A DNA stretch of 62,622 bases, counting the filler, from Choristocarpus tenellus KU-1152 (Eukaryota; Protista; Phaeophyceae): NCBI GenBank assembly GCA_964200185.2. It is 10 parts of 10 records of this genome, joined end to end, with 100 filler letters (N's around TTAATTAATTAA, not from the genome) between each part and the next. Parts side by side here need not be neighbours in the genome. Positions count along the whole stretch, not along the records: positions 1 to 4,891 come from CAXNAD020012647.1; positions 4,992 to 9,951 come from CAXNAD020012372.1; positions 10,052 to 18,638 come from CAXNAD020004561.1; 7 more parts are not named here. One strand, 5' to 3'. Both the position numbers and the translations under genes were made by a program. The notes under the pieces were generated by a model. The model saw nothing but the letters and a program-made list of their open reading frames with translations, did no database searches and had not been told where the DNA came from. Every line of letters starts with the position of its first letter. Position 1 is the stretch's first letter. Positions 1-11,507 of this stretch are shown here, in pieces.

Positions 1-196
1 AGAGGGGGAAAAATGTGAGGGAGGGGTGGGTCGTCGTGTGGAGTGCGCTTACCTTTGTCACGATTGTCTGCCCGGGAGGAACTTTATGACCTTTGCGGTA
101 GCACCACTCTTCCTCTGGTGTCGGATCCCTCAAGGTATACTGAGTTTTGGTTGCCTTGATTGTATCCACTAGGGATGAGGTCCTGGCATGCGCACC

Positions 197-822
197 CCGT
201 GTAGTTCCAGTCTCCTGGCAGCAGACTTCACCGTAGCCCCGACTCCATCAGACAAGGACTTGCCGTGACAGGAGGCAAAGAAGTTATGTACTACGGAAAT
301 TCCCATCCGCGCTAAAGACTGAGAAACCCACCACATCTGCCATCTGTTCTTGAACTGACTCCCGCAGCCATCGGGCCAGATGTGGAGGACCTCCAGGTTC
401 TGTCCACATTCACTGGCTAGAGGTATTAGGTGGTCTTTCACAAAAATCTCCCCGGCGTTCTGGACGAACTCGTTGTCTTGGCTTCGGTCTTCACTGCACA
501 CCGTCATGCTATGAGCCCAAACCCTTCCCTTCCCAAGATTTCTCTCTTCTCTGAGATCCCTCAACCACCAGACAATGGTCAGAAGCACCGTAAGGAATAG
601 ATTGAAGAACTCTTGTTGTGTCAAGTCTTGGTGGTTGTGTTGCAGGTGGGCGCTGAAGTCCATGGACATGGCGGCATGTCCTTTGGGGAGGTGGAATTTG
701 CAGTGTTTGTATTGTTGCGCCTGCCAAATGGTGGTGTTGTGGTGAAGGAAGAAGCTCTTGTCGAAGTTTGCAAATATGACTTTTGGGAGTGTAGGGAATC
801 CCTCCGTCCTTGGGAACAGCAC
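197..822 (-). CDS. Catalytic-core exon of the Sola2-like transposase (RNase H-fold, DFS / DGC..QFKN / HGK..DGVG)
   Basis: Open frame between a tgcag acceptor and a gtgcgc donor; motifs read directly from the ORF track (169..828). Confidence 0.8.
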
Positions 823-2975
823 CTGCATCGAATGGGGGAGTTGGTCGCGTATCGAGCGTTGTTGCTGGTGATAGGTCGTGGTGATTCAGGCTTTGTTGTG
901 GTGTAATCGATTATGTTCGGTGCTGTGAGAGGGAGCATCTGCTTGTTGTTTGACGAATACGCCGTGATACATTCAATGTGCGAAGTAATTATTAGTCGAA
1001 GGAAACTGTCGCTCACCTTTTGCCTCCGACTGTGTTTGTCCGTAGACCCTGTGGCGTCTTCGTGATCGTTCTCCTCGGTCCAGTTCCTCCTGAAGTCGGG
1101 GGCGGACTCTCCCACCATGCACATAGCGATAATCTAATCGTCCCTCATGAGATTGTCCGCCCTCAGCTCTCCATATTTTGCCTTGATCATCTGGATCATG
1201 TCATCTTTGGTGGTCCTGCTTGGGGTGGCAATTCCAAGTCTAGATGACAGCGCCTGTGTGGCAGTGTAGATGGGCATAGAGATTTATTGCAGCATGGGCG
1301 TGTGGTCTGGATGTGAGCATGGGGATATGGTCGATTAGTAGGGTAGGTTGCCATGTCGGTCCTGGACCCGGCGTGAGGGTGGAACCGGACAGGTTTGTCT
1401 TCCAAATCTAACTAGTTGGTGAGTGTATCGACAAGGCACGCCTTTATCTCCTGGCAAGTCTTTCGTTGCAGGTCCACCTCCAGCACTGGGGTATATGAGA
1501 GGACGAACTCGTTCCATGTGACACGGGTGCTGTGAGAGTCCAACATACAAGGGCACTTCCACATCGGATGATATTCCAGCCACACCTGTCACATGTACTG
1601 TCGACACATGAATTCTTGAAACTGCCCAAGGAACCGCCAGAGGACGGTTCGCTGAGGGGCTCCAGCACGGTCCTCTCGCATCTGTTTTGTTTTGATTAGT
1701 CCAAGAGCGGTTTTTGTTGTCAGTGTAGAGGTTTGAATAGCGGATTGAACGTCACTAGTGGAGTCCGGCTGTCGCTGCCACATATTTAGAGGACGTAGTT
1801 AAACGGTTTGAGGGCGAGTACGCTGATGTGTATCTACAGTGGTTTCATTATTTTGGATACCATTCCAGCTCGTCGCGATAACACATTCGTCACATCGTGG
1901 GTGTGGTTTAGCATAGAAGCTTGCAAGAGGAAGGTCATTAAATGACCACTTTCGAGTGCAGCCTCCACTTCTTCAGACCCGCATCCTCTGCCTTTGTCGC
2001 AGAATGCGCATGTGCATGCGCAAGTGCGTTGTCCATCGTCGCCAAAGAACGTCCTCGCATGTACTTTCTTCCAGTTCTCTCTTAGGCACTGAACCTGGAG
2101 GTCGGTGGTCATGTGGTGAATGCAAACGCACGATCTGTGTTACGTGGAAGAGTGGAGGGAGGGATACGGTGGGTTAGCACCCGGTCGTTGTGTGTGGGCA
2201 CGGATGATGCAATATGTGACTGGGTACCCTCTGGCGGTTGGGAAGCATAGACTTACCCCATCATCACTGTAGCGTGTGTCGTAAAAATGGAAAGACTATT
2301 TCCGCACACACCTTGGCGTGGCCTTTGTTATGTAGAACCCGTACGGTCTCCACTTCACGAATGTCGACAGACAGGGTATTGGTCCTGCCGTCCCCTCCTG
2401 TTCGAATCTCTCCCTGAAGTTGGCGTAGACATCCTCATCTATCCCAATCTGTGACCTGTTGTAATGTCGGTTGCACCATGTGTACATAGTGTAATGCCAA
2501 AGTTTTGTTGGTCAAGGATAAACATGTTACAATGATTAATCCATAAAGTGTCGAGGGTGGAAATGCGCAATATTTGTGAGGATGACACTCGCTAGTGTAG
2601 AGTACCTCTGAGCGTGCTGTTGGCACAGTGCATCCGGGAAGCAAACTCTCTTGTTTGTATGCGGGTCTAAACAGTGCATTCCCTAAGTGAAATCATGAGA
2701 TATGACCGGATCGTGGGGCATGGTGGTGCTGTTGCTCTCCCATACGGTGATACCAAGAACATGTGTACCAGGATGCTGTATATCCAACTGTCGCAAGGAG
2801 CTGTCCCTTCCCACGTCGAATACCCTTGGTCTGTCGTTTTGTCTGAGGCAATGATGGGAGATGTATGGGGCGTGTGTCGGTTGTGCACCTAGATATGAGG
2901 GATCATCCGGGCATCTATTAGTGATGAAATGTTTTTGGACATGCAGTGGACGTATTCACCCGGGGGCCAAGTTGT

Positions 2976-3234
2976 GAGCCAAAGTATCTTAGAGGGTAGA
3001 GCAGCGTCCATTTGGGGGCCAAATTCCAATGTTTCGATTTTGATGTGATTTTGACTGTCGTGTTTGTTAGGAAGTGACAGTATCCTTCTTCTGGACACAC
3101 CTTTTCATAACGTATACATTTGACCTACTCCGAAACATTTTGGAGTGGGAAAATATCATAAAAAACCCCACGGGAAGCCAACCCCCAAATGGACAAACAG
3201 GGCAAGACTCGTACCCTCTAAGATACTTTCAGTC
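2976..3234 (+). mobile_element. MITE family A, full copy (about 260 bp)
   Basis: TIRs GAGCCAAAGTATCTTAGAGGGTA ... TACCCTCTAAGATACTTTCAGTC, flanked by TGT/TGT; six or more homologues elsewhere in the window. Confidence 0.9.
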
Positions 3235-4214
3235 TGTATGTGTCACACTGTTGCTGTTTGATGAGAACGAACTTCCATGCCTGTGGGCGGTGCCTTGAGG
3301 AGAGTAGTGAGAGGCGTGGGTGTCGGATACGGGAGACGATCCTCCAGTGTCATCTGCAGCCGATGCGGAGGGGCTCGCCTGGCGCCGCATATCTCGCATG
3401 AATTCCGTGTGTTTTTCGGCAGATGACCTTAGTGTGTCGACGTTGATGTCGTATTTTCTTGCTGTGAAGGACAAAAGGGGTTGAAACATTAATGTCACCC
3501 CGTCATCGCCTATTTCAACATCTGGAGCGATGCCGATGAGGATGGATTTGTATACCTGGTGGGTATGCTCAGTGCTAAGATCTTTCTTTCACATTCTAGG
3601 AATATCTTGACCTGGAGATCAGCGTGGACTCGCGTTGTTCCCGAGCCAGCACAACTCGCTGCGCGCTCGCCAACGGTGCAAATCTGCTTTTCTCATTCAA
3701 CAACCAAGAGGCAAGGTCGTTCCAAGTGCGACCGCTTCCTTCCATCTCTTCTGGACCACCGTGGTTGACAAACATAAACATGGAGAGGAAGAGGCCCATG
3801 ATCTAATCCGTTTTGGATTTCTTCCACGAACGGGCGGCACTGGTCTTGGGCAGTCTCTTTAGTCCCCGTTTCCTGAGTGGGATCCAAAGGAGGTTACGAT
3901 ATGAGTTGGGTGGGTTTGTTTCCCTTGGACATTAAGAATCGATCCTCATGATGCGAACATAGGTAATACTGCACCTTTCTTCGGAGGAAGGGGCTTGCAC
4001 AATATTTGGTCACGAAGTGTTCCACATAATACGGCCGTATTGGATGACACCCCACTTTGAAAGCATGGAGAGGGTGTGTTTGATACATCGAGAACCGAAA
4101 CCACCCCGATTAGAATATCCTGAAAGGGTGTGCATCGCATATGTGGTCAATCGCGAGCCACATAGAAAAGGTTACGAAAACGTACGATGAAGCATGTAGG
4201 ATGAAGTGAATGGG

Positions 4215-4785
4215 GGTAGTTTGTCAAACGGTAGAATGTGTGTTTTGATACCTGATTTTCTTTTGGCAAACAGTTGACAGGTGCATGGTGGGTGTCACCC
4301 CTGACACTATTGGCGCATGTATGTACCACAATTGACGTGTTCGGTCAAACGGTAAACTAATGTGTACGATGGATTTTGTGGTGGAAGGGATACTGAACGT
4401 TTTATGTTATGTCGGTCAACACATATCCCCACATGCACATACCATCGTATGTGCCCCTTTCTCCAGAGGGGATATGAGATCGCGATTGAGTTTTGTGGTA
4501 AGTCAAGGACGATGGTTTGGAGGTGTGCAGCTGCGAAGAGGTTAGTATGTGGACAGACACAACTTTTGCCAGACTTTGTCGTACGGTAAAGTATGGCGAA
4601 ATTGACTTGAGGCGTGTGGTTTGAAAAAAAATCGTATAAGCACCGCCGCAACTTCGCCACACTTTGTTGTACGACAGAGTACGGCAAAAAGGACATGATG
4701 CGTGTGGCTTCAAATAAGTTGGTATGTGGACAGCCGCAATTTTTGCCATATACTTTGTCGAACGGTAAAGTATAGAAAAAATGAA
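4215..4785. repeat. Degenerate direct repeats (ACTTTGTCGTACGGTAAAGTATGGCGAAA-like)
   Basis: Copies near 4572, 4660 and 4752, shorter versions (GTCAAACGGTA) near 4224 and 4344, and GTATGTGGACAG near 4545 and 4722. Confidence 0.6.
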
Positions 4786-4859
4786 ATGGGGTGAGCAGAT
4801 GAAGGAAGGGCGAAACATGACTTGGTATAATTTCATTATCGCGTAAGGGTGAGAGACGG

Positions 4860-4891
4860 TGTCAGGGTTAGGGCACAGGGTTAGGGTTGGG
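4860..4891 (+). repeat. Degenerate TTAGGG tract at contig end
   Basis: gtcagggttagggcacagggttagggttggg immediately before the linker. Confidence 0.6.
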
Positions 4892-4991
4892 NNNNNNNNN
4901 NNNNNNNNNNNNNNNNNNNNNNNNNNNNNNNNNNNTTAATTAATTAANNNNNNNNNNNNNNNNNNNNNNNNNNNNNNNNNNNNNNNNNNNN
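4892..4991. other. Artificial contig linker (N44-TTAATTAATTAA-N44); identical linkers at 9952-10051, 18639-18738, 23837-23936, 28090-28189, 33461-33560, 41590-41689, 44839-44938, 48235-48334
   Basis: The same 100-bp pattern occurs nine times; the 12-mer places stop codons in all six frames. Confidence 0.99.
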
Positions 4992-5478
4992 GTCCTCCAC
5001 TGATCCCAGTGTGGCATTTCCTCGTGGTACCAATCCACCTGAAGGGCCAGGGGTGCCAGTTTCCACAGGAGCCTCTGTTGTCTGGAAGGGCCCGCTATTC
5101 ATTCCGGAAGGAGAGCCAGTGACTCCTCCAACAGGAACCTTGGTATCACCACCTGGGACCAGGGTCATCAGCTGGGGGGAAGGGGTGGGACCGCTAGTTG
5201 GGACGCTTGTCTCCATTATTAAGGATGGACTTGACCCGGGGGAAAGAGTATATCCTTCAAAGGGAACATGGGTTCCGCCCCCTGGGACCAAGGTAGGGGC
5301 ACTTGTCGGGGCTTCCGACGCATCAGTCACTCCAAAGTTAAGGCTTGGGCTGGGTGTGCCGGGCAAGGCCGGGGCCCAAGTGGGGAGGGACGTCCAGAGC
5401 TCGCCACCAAGGCCCCCACAGGGTACTCGAACATTCACACCGGCTTTCAGATTGTTGGGTATATTCTGTTGCCGATCC
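4992..5478 (-). CDS. Exon of a Pro/Thr/Ser/Gly-rich protein (PTSAPT-type linker, probably extracellular); truncated by contig end
   Basis: Open frame after a ccag acceptor; EAPTSAPTLVPGG and VPTSGPTPSP..TLVPGG internal repeats. Confidence 0.6.
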
Positions 5479-6469
5479 CTGGACGAATCAGAGATTCAAT
5501 TTGGAGTGTGTGAACATTGAGGGGTCGTGAGACAGCAGGCACGTGGCTGGAGGTTCAAATGGTAACCGTAGGCCAAGGTCTCAAAGGCAAGGTAATGGCA
5601 GTAGTCTATTGCTGTCTTCACCACGGATGATTTTCACCTCCGTGGCGTGTGTTGTGGTCGATGTAGTCAATTGCCGTTCACCCGATTCCTAAAAGCGCTC
5701 ATCCAAAATGCTTCTGCATGGAAACAGGAGTGTTCAACCTGCAGAAAACACAAGCCTTGGGAGGCGTAGACTACTGCTTTGCACTGCTGCTATGCGGATA
5801 AGGTGACTCAAACCGATCTCATCGCCTCAGTACAAAATGAAAAAAAAAAAAGGTAAACTCCCACTGTACTGTATGTCGAGTGAGCAAGTAACTGCCGTTT
5901 CTCAAGAAACAAGATGTAACTGCAGATGTTCTGCCGAAGACTGCACAAGACTGCGCACACAAAAAAAGACACAAGAAAGCCTGACATAGCTCTAATTTAG
6001 GGAAAGAATCAAAGATTTGGTTGGCATGTAGGGGACTTAAGTGTTATAGCAAAATGATGCCACCAGGTCTGCTCAGCAATTGTCTGTGCAATTCTTTTGT
6101 GTAAGTCAAATCTCACCTACAGCAAATGGCAAGCAACCAATTGTAAACTACCAGATTTCGCAAGTGGATGTACTGCATACTACTCATCGTAACTGTACCA
6201 ATGGGTACACGTCGTTCACCCAGGTGTGCAAATTTCCTCCTCTGAGCAATAGTCACACCCCACGTGATTTCATAAATCATGAAAATAGATCAGATACAAT
6301 GCTTCAAAGCAAAAGTCAAGCTATTGACTCTTTGTAATATAGGTTTAAGAGGTGAAAGGATGAATGAAGGCATAGAGGGCGGAGAAGATTATACCGTAGC
6401 GTTTTTCAACAATTCCCAGTACCTACGACCTATAGTTGGCTCTACCACAAACTGCAAAAAGTCTTCCCT

Positions 6470-7500
6470 ATCACTGACACGCAGACCTGTATAGTACGTC
6501 CTGGATGGGATGAAAATAGTCTGCGTCATCGGGATCACAGGGTCCACATAGGTCCAGAACCACCCCTAGAGTCTTGTGCCCCTCCAGCTTGTCAATCGAC
6601 CACAGAACCATCGAGTCTTTTGTGGGAGCGAGCATTGTCGATAACACGATTTGATAGGAAGACAGATAGTATCCATGTCGAGAGTGAATCATATCCAAAA
6701 GCATGAAGAGTAATATAGCAAAAAGAATCCTGCTGGGACTACCTATGACCGCCTACAATAAGACTAGTGTCTTAGTTTGAGTTCAAAGGTAAGTTTGGAG
6801 TTTCATCCACACGTGAGGGATACCCACCTTGTATGATAGCCTCAGAGGGATCCGAGCATCCAATCAACTCCCTCGGTTGGCCTCCGAGTATCAGGACAAC
6901 CTCTTGATTGGTCGTACAAACCTCCCCAGAAGGCGGTCTCGTGCTCGCAGACAAAGTCCACGCAATGAGCACGGATGGGCAATCCAGGGTGGACTCCGCG
7001 CTATATGTCGGGACTATTGTCATCTAGAGGCGGTTTTGTACGTTTGATTCGACCGTGGTGAAGGTAATATTTCAACCGAATGGTCTAAAGGAATAAGCAA
7101 GCATGGGAACCAATGAGGCGCTGTAGAGAGTTGCAACTCTCGATCTTCGAATGTAACCCTGCACCCACGCCAAAACCAAGACTGGAATTGGATCCGCACG
7201 GAGCCTCTAGCAAAAAAAACACAAAGAATCCATTAACAGAAATGGTATGCAGCAACTTAGTGGATAAGGATAGACCTAGAACTCACCGATGCTGTTACGC
7301 ACGACAACTGGTCAGTCGCTTGTGAGAAACCTGAGCATGCCGCAAGAACCCATATCAGACGCAGCAGGCTTATACTCACGCCGTCCATGACCCGGCGGAA
7401 AGTAGTGGGTTTCATTCTACCTCCAAGGTAACCTCCAGGTAGGCGTAGATAACAATTATCTTCGCTCCTGTAGCCACGCAATCCTCGGTTGCTCCACTCT
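6470..7500 (-). pseudogene. Highly decayed reverse transcriptase/RNase H relic (possibly DIRS/Ngaro-like)
   Basis: YLRLPGG...PTTFRRVMD resembles the RT LPxG..PxxFxRxM motif, followed in order by LQRLIG, CSDPS and VLWSID; many disruptions. Confidence 0.3.
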
Positions 7501-9046
7501 CAAGCTGCTCACGGCAAGCACCTTGATCGCAGCCCCGCACACGAGGCAGTGCCTAGAATATGTAATGAAACAGGTAAAGGGTAAATTCCCTTCAGAAAAC
7601 TCGTGCTAACAGCTCTATGACAGTAAAGAGGCTGGACACAAGTGCATGGAAGTAAGTCTGCACTTCTATGATTCAAAGTGGGAGCATGATCAAACTTGTA
7701 TCAAGCAACGGGCACAGCTTAACTTTTCGATAAGTGCGGGAACTCAAAATATTTGAAAGTTAAAACATATTGGTGATACGATTGCAACAAATAAATGTCA
7801 ACAACAAACAATATGACAATAGAAATGGGAACACGTGTCATCCACATCAACCTAGTAGACACATGTTTATGGCGATGTGGGACTCTTCCCTTCTCTCTAC
7901 AACTTATCGCTCAAGTTTTGTTTGGAGCTTTTTTCAGGTTCATGTCTTGGTGGTGGGTATATTTCTGGGTGGTTTTCTTGCTTTCAAATATACTAATATT
8001 ACTAATAAATTAGCAAGTAGTAGTGGAACTACTCTCAATAGTGTATCACATATTACCTTTCCTGTGGTGAGCAACATGGAGAATGTGTTGTCATCACGAA
8101 TGTTTGATGTATTTTTTCTATATGCCTTGCACATTCTTTTTCTTCAAACAAGCCCTCTCCATGGTCACATCTGTATGATGTCAGAGGCCTTAATAATATC
8201 ACTAACATGCATATACTCTACTACATGGAGGTCTTCCATTATTGAATATTACTATAATAATAGAGGTTACCTATCCTCCAATAAACTCCATATTGAGCCA
8301 AACCATCTGAGAGGTAGGCAGGTTTGGACCCTTTTGCATTCTAAGTCATATTTCTTACCCTGTCCAATACACTCCATTTTAGTGCTACATGTGCACAGTA
8401 GTGTACGCAAAATTGATATTCCCCCCACAAAGTGACACCACAATTCAACAAAAGTTCTTTCTGCAATTGCATGAGATGGCATGTTTTTGCCTTTTCTGGG
8501 ACTTCTTAAAATGCATCCCTGCCTATCTATCGATTGGTTTGGCTCACTATCATGCAAGAAAAGATAGGTAACCAGCAGACAAATTCTTCAGACTGAAGGG
8601 GAGGGACGGGATGAAGACCGACATATATATGTGGAAATGAGAGATGATAAGGAAGGGCAGTCGAGAAAGAGAAGATTAACCAGATTATGGGTGATCAGGG
8701 AAGAAGTGAGTGATTGAGACTTGAAAGCTCCACTCTCAACATTCTGATAAGGATGTAGTCAGATGTCAAACTGTCTGTATATGACATCCATAAGAGAATA
8801 GACACACATATATACCTTATAAAGAAGGAAGGACGCCACGAAGGTATACCCTGAAGTGAAAGTGGCTATCACAATCATTTTGATCGACAGAATGATTGGT
8901 GTGTTACTCCCCTCCTAAAAAAAATAATAATTATTATGATTGTATGTATGGAAAATGTTAGGGAGGGGTGTAAGAGTTGGTGTCAGTATATAGAACAACC
9001 AATAATATACTAATTAATCCTGACTATTTGCACCTTTATTGAACAG

Positions 9047-9122
9047 CAGATTTCAAAAATTGAGGATGGAGCTTTTCATTGACGATGGGCTTGACCCAAA
9101 ATTGACTGGACGAAAGTGTCGA
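9047..9122 (+). repeat. Dispersed repeat family D (CAAAATTGAGGATGGAGC...TTGACCCAAAAT...GAAAGTG); other copies about 9878-9951 and 23780-23836
   Basis: Direct visual match among three loci; two are cut by contig ends. Confidence 0.65.
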
Positions 9123-10864
9123 TATGTTTTTTTTTGTATCCCATGCTGCTGTTATTGATCGATTGCTGATTAACAACTCTAAACACATATCTCAACTGGT
9201 TTAAACAAGGAGTACCCAGGTTTTGGTCGTCATTCATTTGAAGCCACATTTTTCATTTTCTTCTCTTCTCTATGACGTCAAACGCATACAATTTTGTTGT
9301 ATTTACTTTCTAATATATTGTGTAGTATATATACACTGACATTTTTTAATAGGGGAGATAGGAGACAAAAACAGAAGAATGCGCCGAATAAAATTAATAC
9401 TATTGAACACACGTAACATATTTAGGTGCGCAAATAATACAATTAATTGCACTATCGATGATGTTGTTCCACTGCTTGTTCTATAGGTTGATGGTTAGAA
9501 GAAAGCGACATTCACAACATATATATGGGTTACTCTCTCACCTCACACAAATACTAAGGTCAGTTCCACTCGTGTAAAAACTTGTGGATCTTGTAGCTTA
9601 TTTGTGTTCACCCCACACCTACTATGAAATGCCTCTAAATTGTGTATCCACACCAGAATTCTGTGAACGATTAGGGCAGGAGAAGTTCATATTATGCTGG
9701 ATTATTCAACACTATATCTTAATATGACTCTTCAAAAAAAAAGGGCGGGCAATTAATTGTTTTTTTCACTTAACTGTTCTCATTCTCATTATTTGTGTGT
9801 GTATTTTTTCCTATATCTTAACAACTACTATGGGTGGGCTATCATGGTTACTATTCCAATATAACAATAGCATTTAACAGCCTCTCACCAAAATTGAGGA
9901 TGGAGCATACTATGGAGGATGGGTTTGACCCAAAATGGTGCGCGGAAAGTGNNNNNNNNNNNNNNNNNNNNNNNNNNNNNNNNNNNNNNNNNNNNTTAAT
10001 TAATTAANNNNNNNNNNNNNNNNNNNNNNNNNNNNNNNNNNNNNNNNNNNNAGAGAGATGAGTGCCTCCTCCAGAAAACCTCCCAGCAGGTTACAACTGT
10101 AAGCCTGAAGGACAAGTTGAGGTTCAGCCAGTACATGCTAGAACAAGAGAATAAAGCAGTGACAATCATAGCCACTGAAAGGAACATGAGATAGCAGAAG
10201 TTGGAATGAAGAAGCTGCCCACATTAGAGCATACAGGAACATATATGGGTTGTATAGGCTGAAGTCCTTAGAAAATATAGACACCGAACTCATGACTTTT
10301 TTATTATTTTTCTTTTATTTTCCTCTTTTCTATGTTGTAACTACTCTCCATACGTTGAATTTTCTTTTTTTGTATATATATCTTCTTTATCTCACTTCTG
10401 TTCTTCTCATGTTTTTTTTTAGTTATCATCCCATCATCCCTTGATCTTTAATTTCATATTTTTTCATATTTGTTACTCTCCTTATTTACTGACTTTTTTT
10501 TTCTCCTTTCTTTTCTCGTTCTTCTTTTATTTTGTTTTATTTATTATTTGTTCATTTTCCACTCTGTTACCCTCATCATCCACATATTATTTTCTTTCCT
10601 TATTTTTATTCTTTCTTTTTTCTCTCATTTATTTATTACTATTTGTTGCTCTCATTGGCCCTTCTTTATATATTTGTTTATTTTAATGTTTGTCATTGCC
10701 TGTTTTGCGCACTAGCAGCCTTGAGTATGCTTTGTGCTTGGGGGGTATCAGACAGGCAATAATCAGATGCCGAGTAGGTCATGAATGATATAAGTCTATT
10801 CCTTGATAGCATTTGCGTTTCTAACCGGGAAGATTGGAACAGAAGACGCATGAATTGTATGCCC

Positions 10865-11230
10865 AATCAGAGCTATATACTTTGTAAATTTTGAAGGTCC
10901 AGTTCAGAAGGAACAAGTGTAAACTCTTACTAGGCCAGACTCATTTTGATGGAGATTGCAATGTGTGACCTTATGGACACCTTGAAGGGAACATGGATAA
11001 ATTAATCACATTTGTGATTAGAGAGATTGGAACTGGGGACCCATTCATTTTAGGCCGCATCAGAGATATATACTTTGTAAATTTTGAAGGTGTGTTTTGG
11101 AAAGAGCAAGTTTATACTCAGACTCGGCCAGGGGCAATCTGACTCTGATGATATTCTGTGACCCTTGGGAAAGATTTTCCCAAGGTAAACAAGGATATTT
11201 GTTGACCTGTTTTGGGTCTAGTTGGAGTTA
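10865..11230 (+). repeat. Diverged tandem duplication, period about 195 bp
   Basis: ATCAGAG(C/A)TATATACTTTGTAAATTTTGAAGGT at about 10866 and 11059, with continuing similarity. Confidence 0.7.
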
Positions 11231-11365
11231 CATATTATTTTATAAATATATATACTCTTATCTGGTCAGACATATATTGATCTTGAATGTGCCTTACGAC
11301 TTTTGGGGATCCGTTCTTAAAAGAAACGAGGGGATTTATTGATCATTGTTGGACTACATGGGTGA

Positions 11366-11507
11366 ATTTGGAGCTGGAGTCCGTATGTTGGAAACAACTG
11401 GCAGAATCGGAACTGGAGTCTCTATGTTGGAAACAACTGGCAGAGTTGGAACTGGTGTCCCTATGTTGGAAGCAACTGGCAGAGTCGGAACTGAAGTCCC
11501 TATGTTA
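11366..11507 (+). repeat. 39-bp minisatellite, about 3.5 copies
   Basis: Unit ATGTTGGAAACAACTGGCAGAGTCGGAACTGGAGTCCCT; no spacers. Confidence 0.9.

Larger units (their letters stand above)
52..4060 (-). pseudogene. Intron-containing Sola2-like DD(D) transposase gene, disabled; boundaries approximate, runs off the window start
   Basis: Collinear minus-strand peptides: DEDVYANFRERF..CLSTFVKWRP (2320-2450), SCVCIHH..CACTCAFC (1920-2135), CVDSTCDRCG (about 1580-1610), RRQK|VLFPR phase-0 splice (about 1017/822), then MSMDFSA, HIWPDGCGSQFKN and HNFFASCHGKSLSDGVGATVK (ORF 169-828). There is an in-frame TAG near 1135 and a MITE at 2976-3234. Exons above about 2500 are assigned to the same gene only tentatively. 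Confidence 0.75.

Noticed and set aside
2976-4891. MITE A as the long left TIR of an element extending rightwards
   Set aside because: The 260-bp unit has its own paired ends and TSDs at four loci, so it is a standalone MITE.
4936-4947. Recurrent palindrome TTAATTAATTAA as a biological site
   Set aside because: Always centred in exactly 44+44 N; an artificial six-frame stop linker.
5011-5520. Plus-strand 169-aa ORF (likewise 20498-20974)
   Set aside because: Antisense shadow of a better-supported minus-strand exon.
7770-8435. 221-aa ORF as a gene
   Set aside because: Non-ATG start, AT-rich composition, no recognisable domain or splice pattern.
10250-10762. Phe/Leu/Tyr-rich ORFs as membrane proteins (also 11689-11937, 38267-38452, 47388-47872)
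   Set aside because: By-products of T-rich low-complexity DNA, open in several frames, no motifs.
11366-11507. 39-bp repeats as a CRISPR array
   Set aside because: Head-to-tail minisatellite without spacers.
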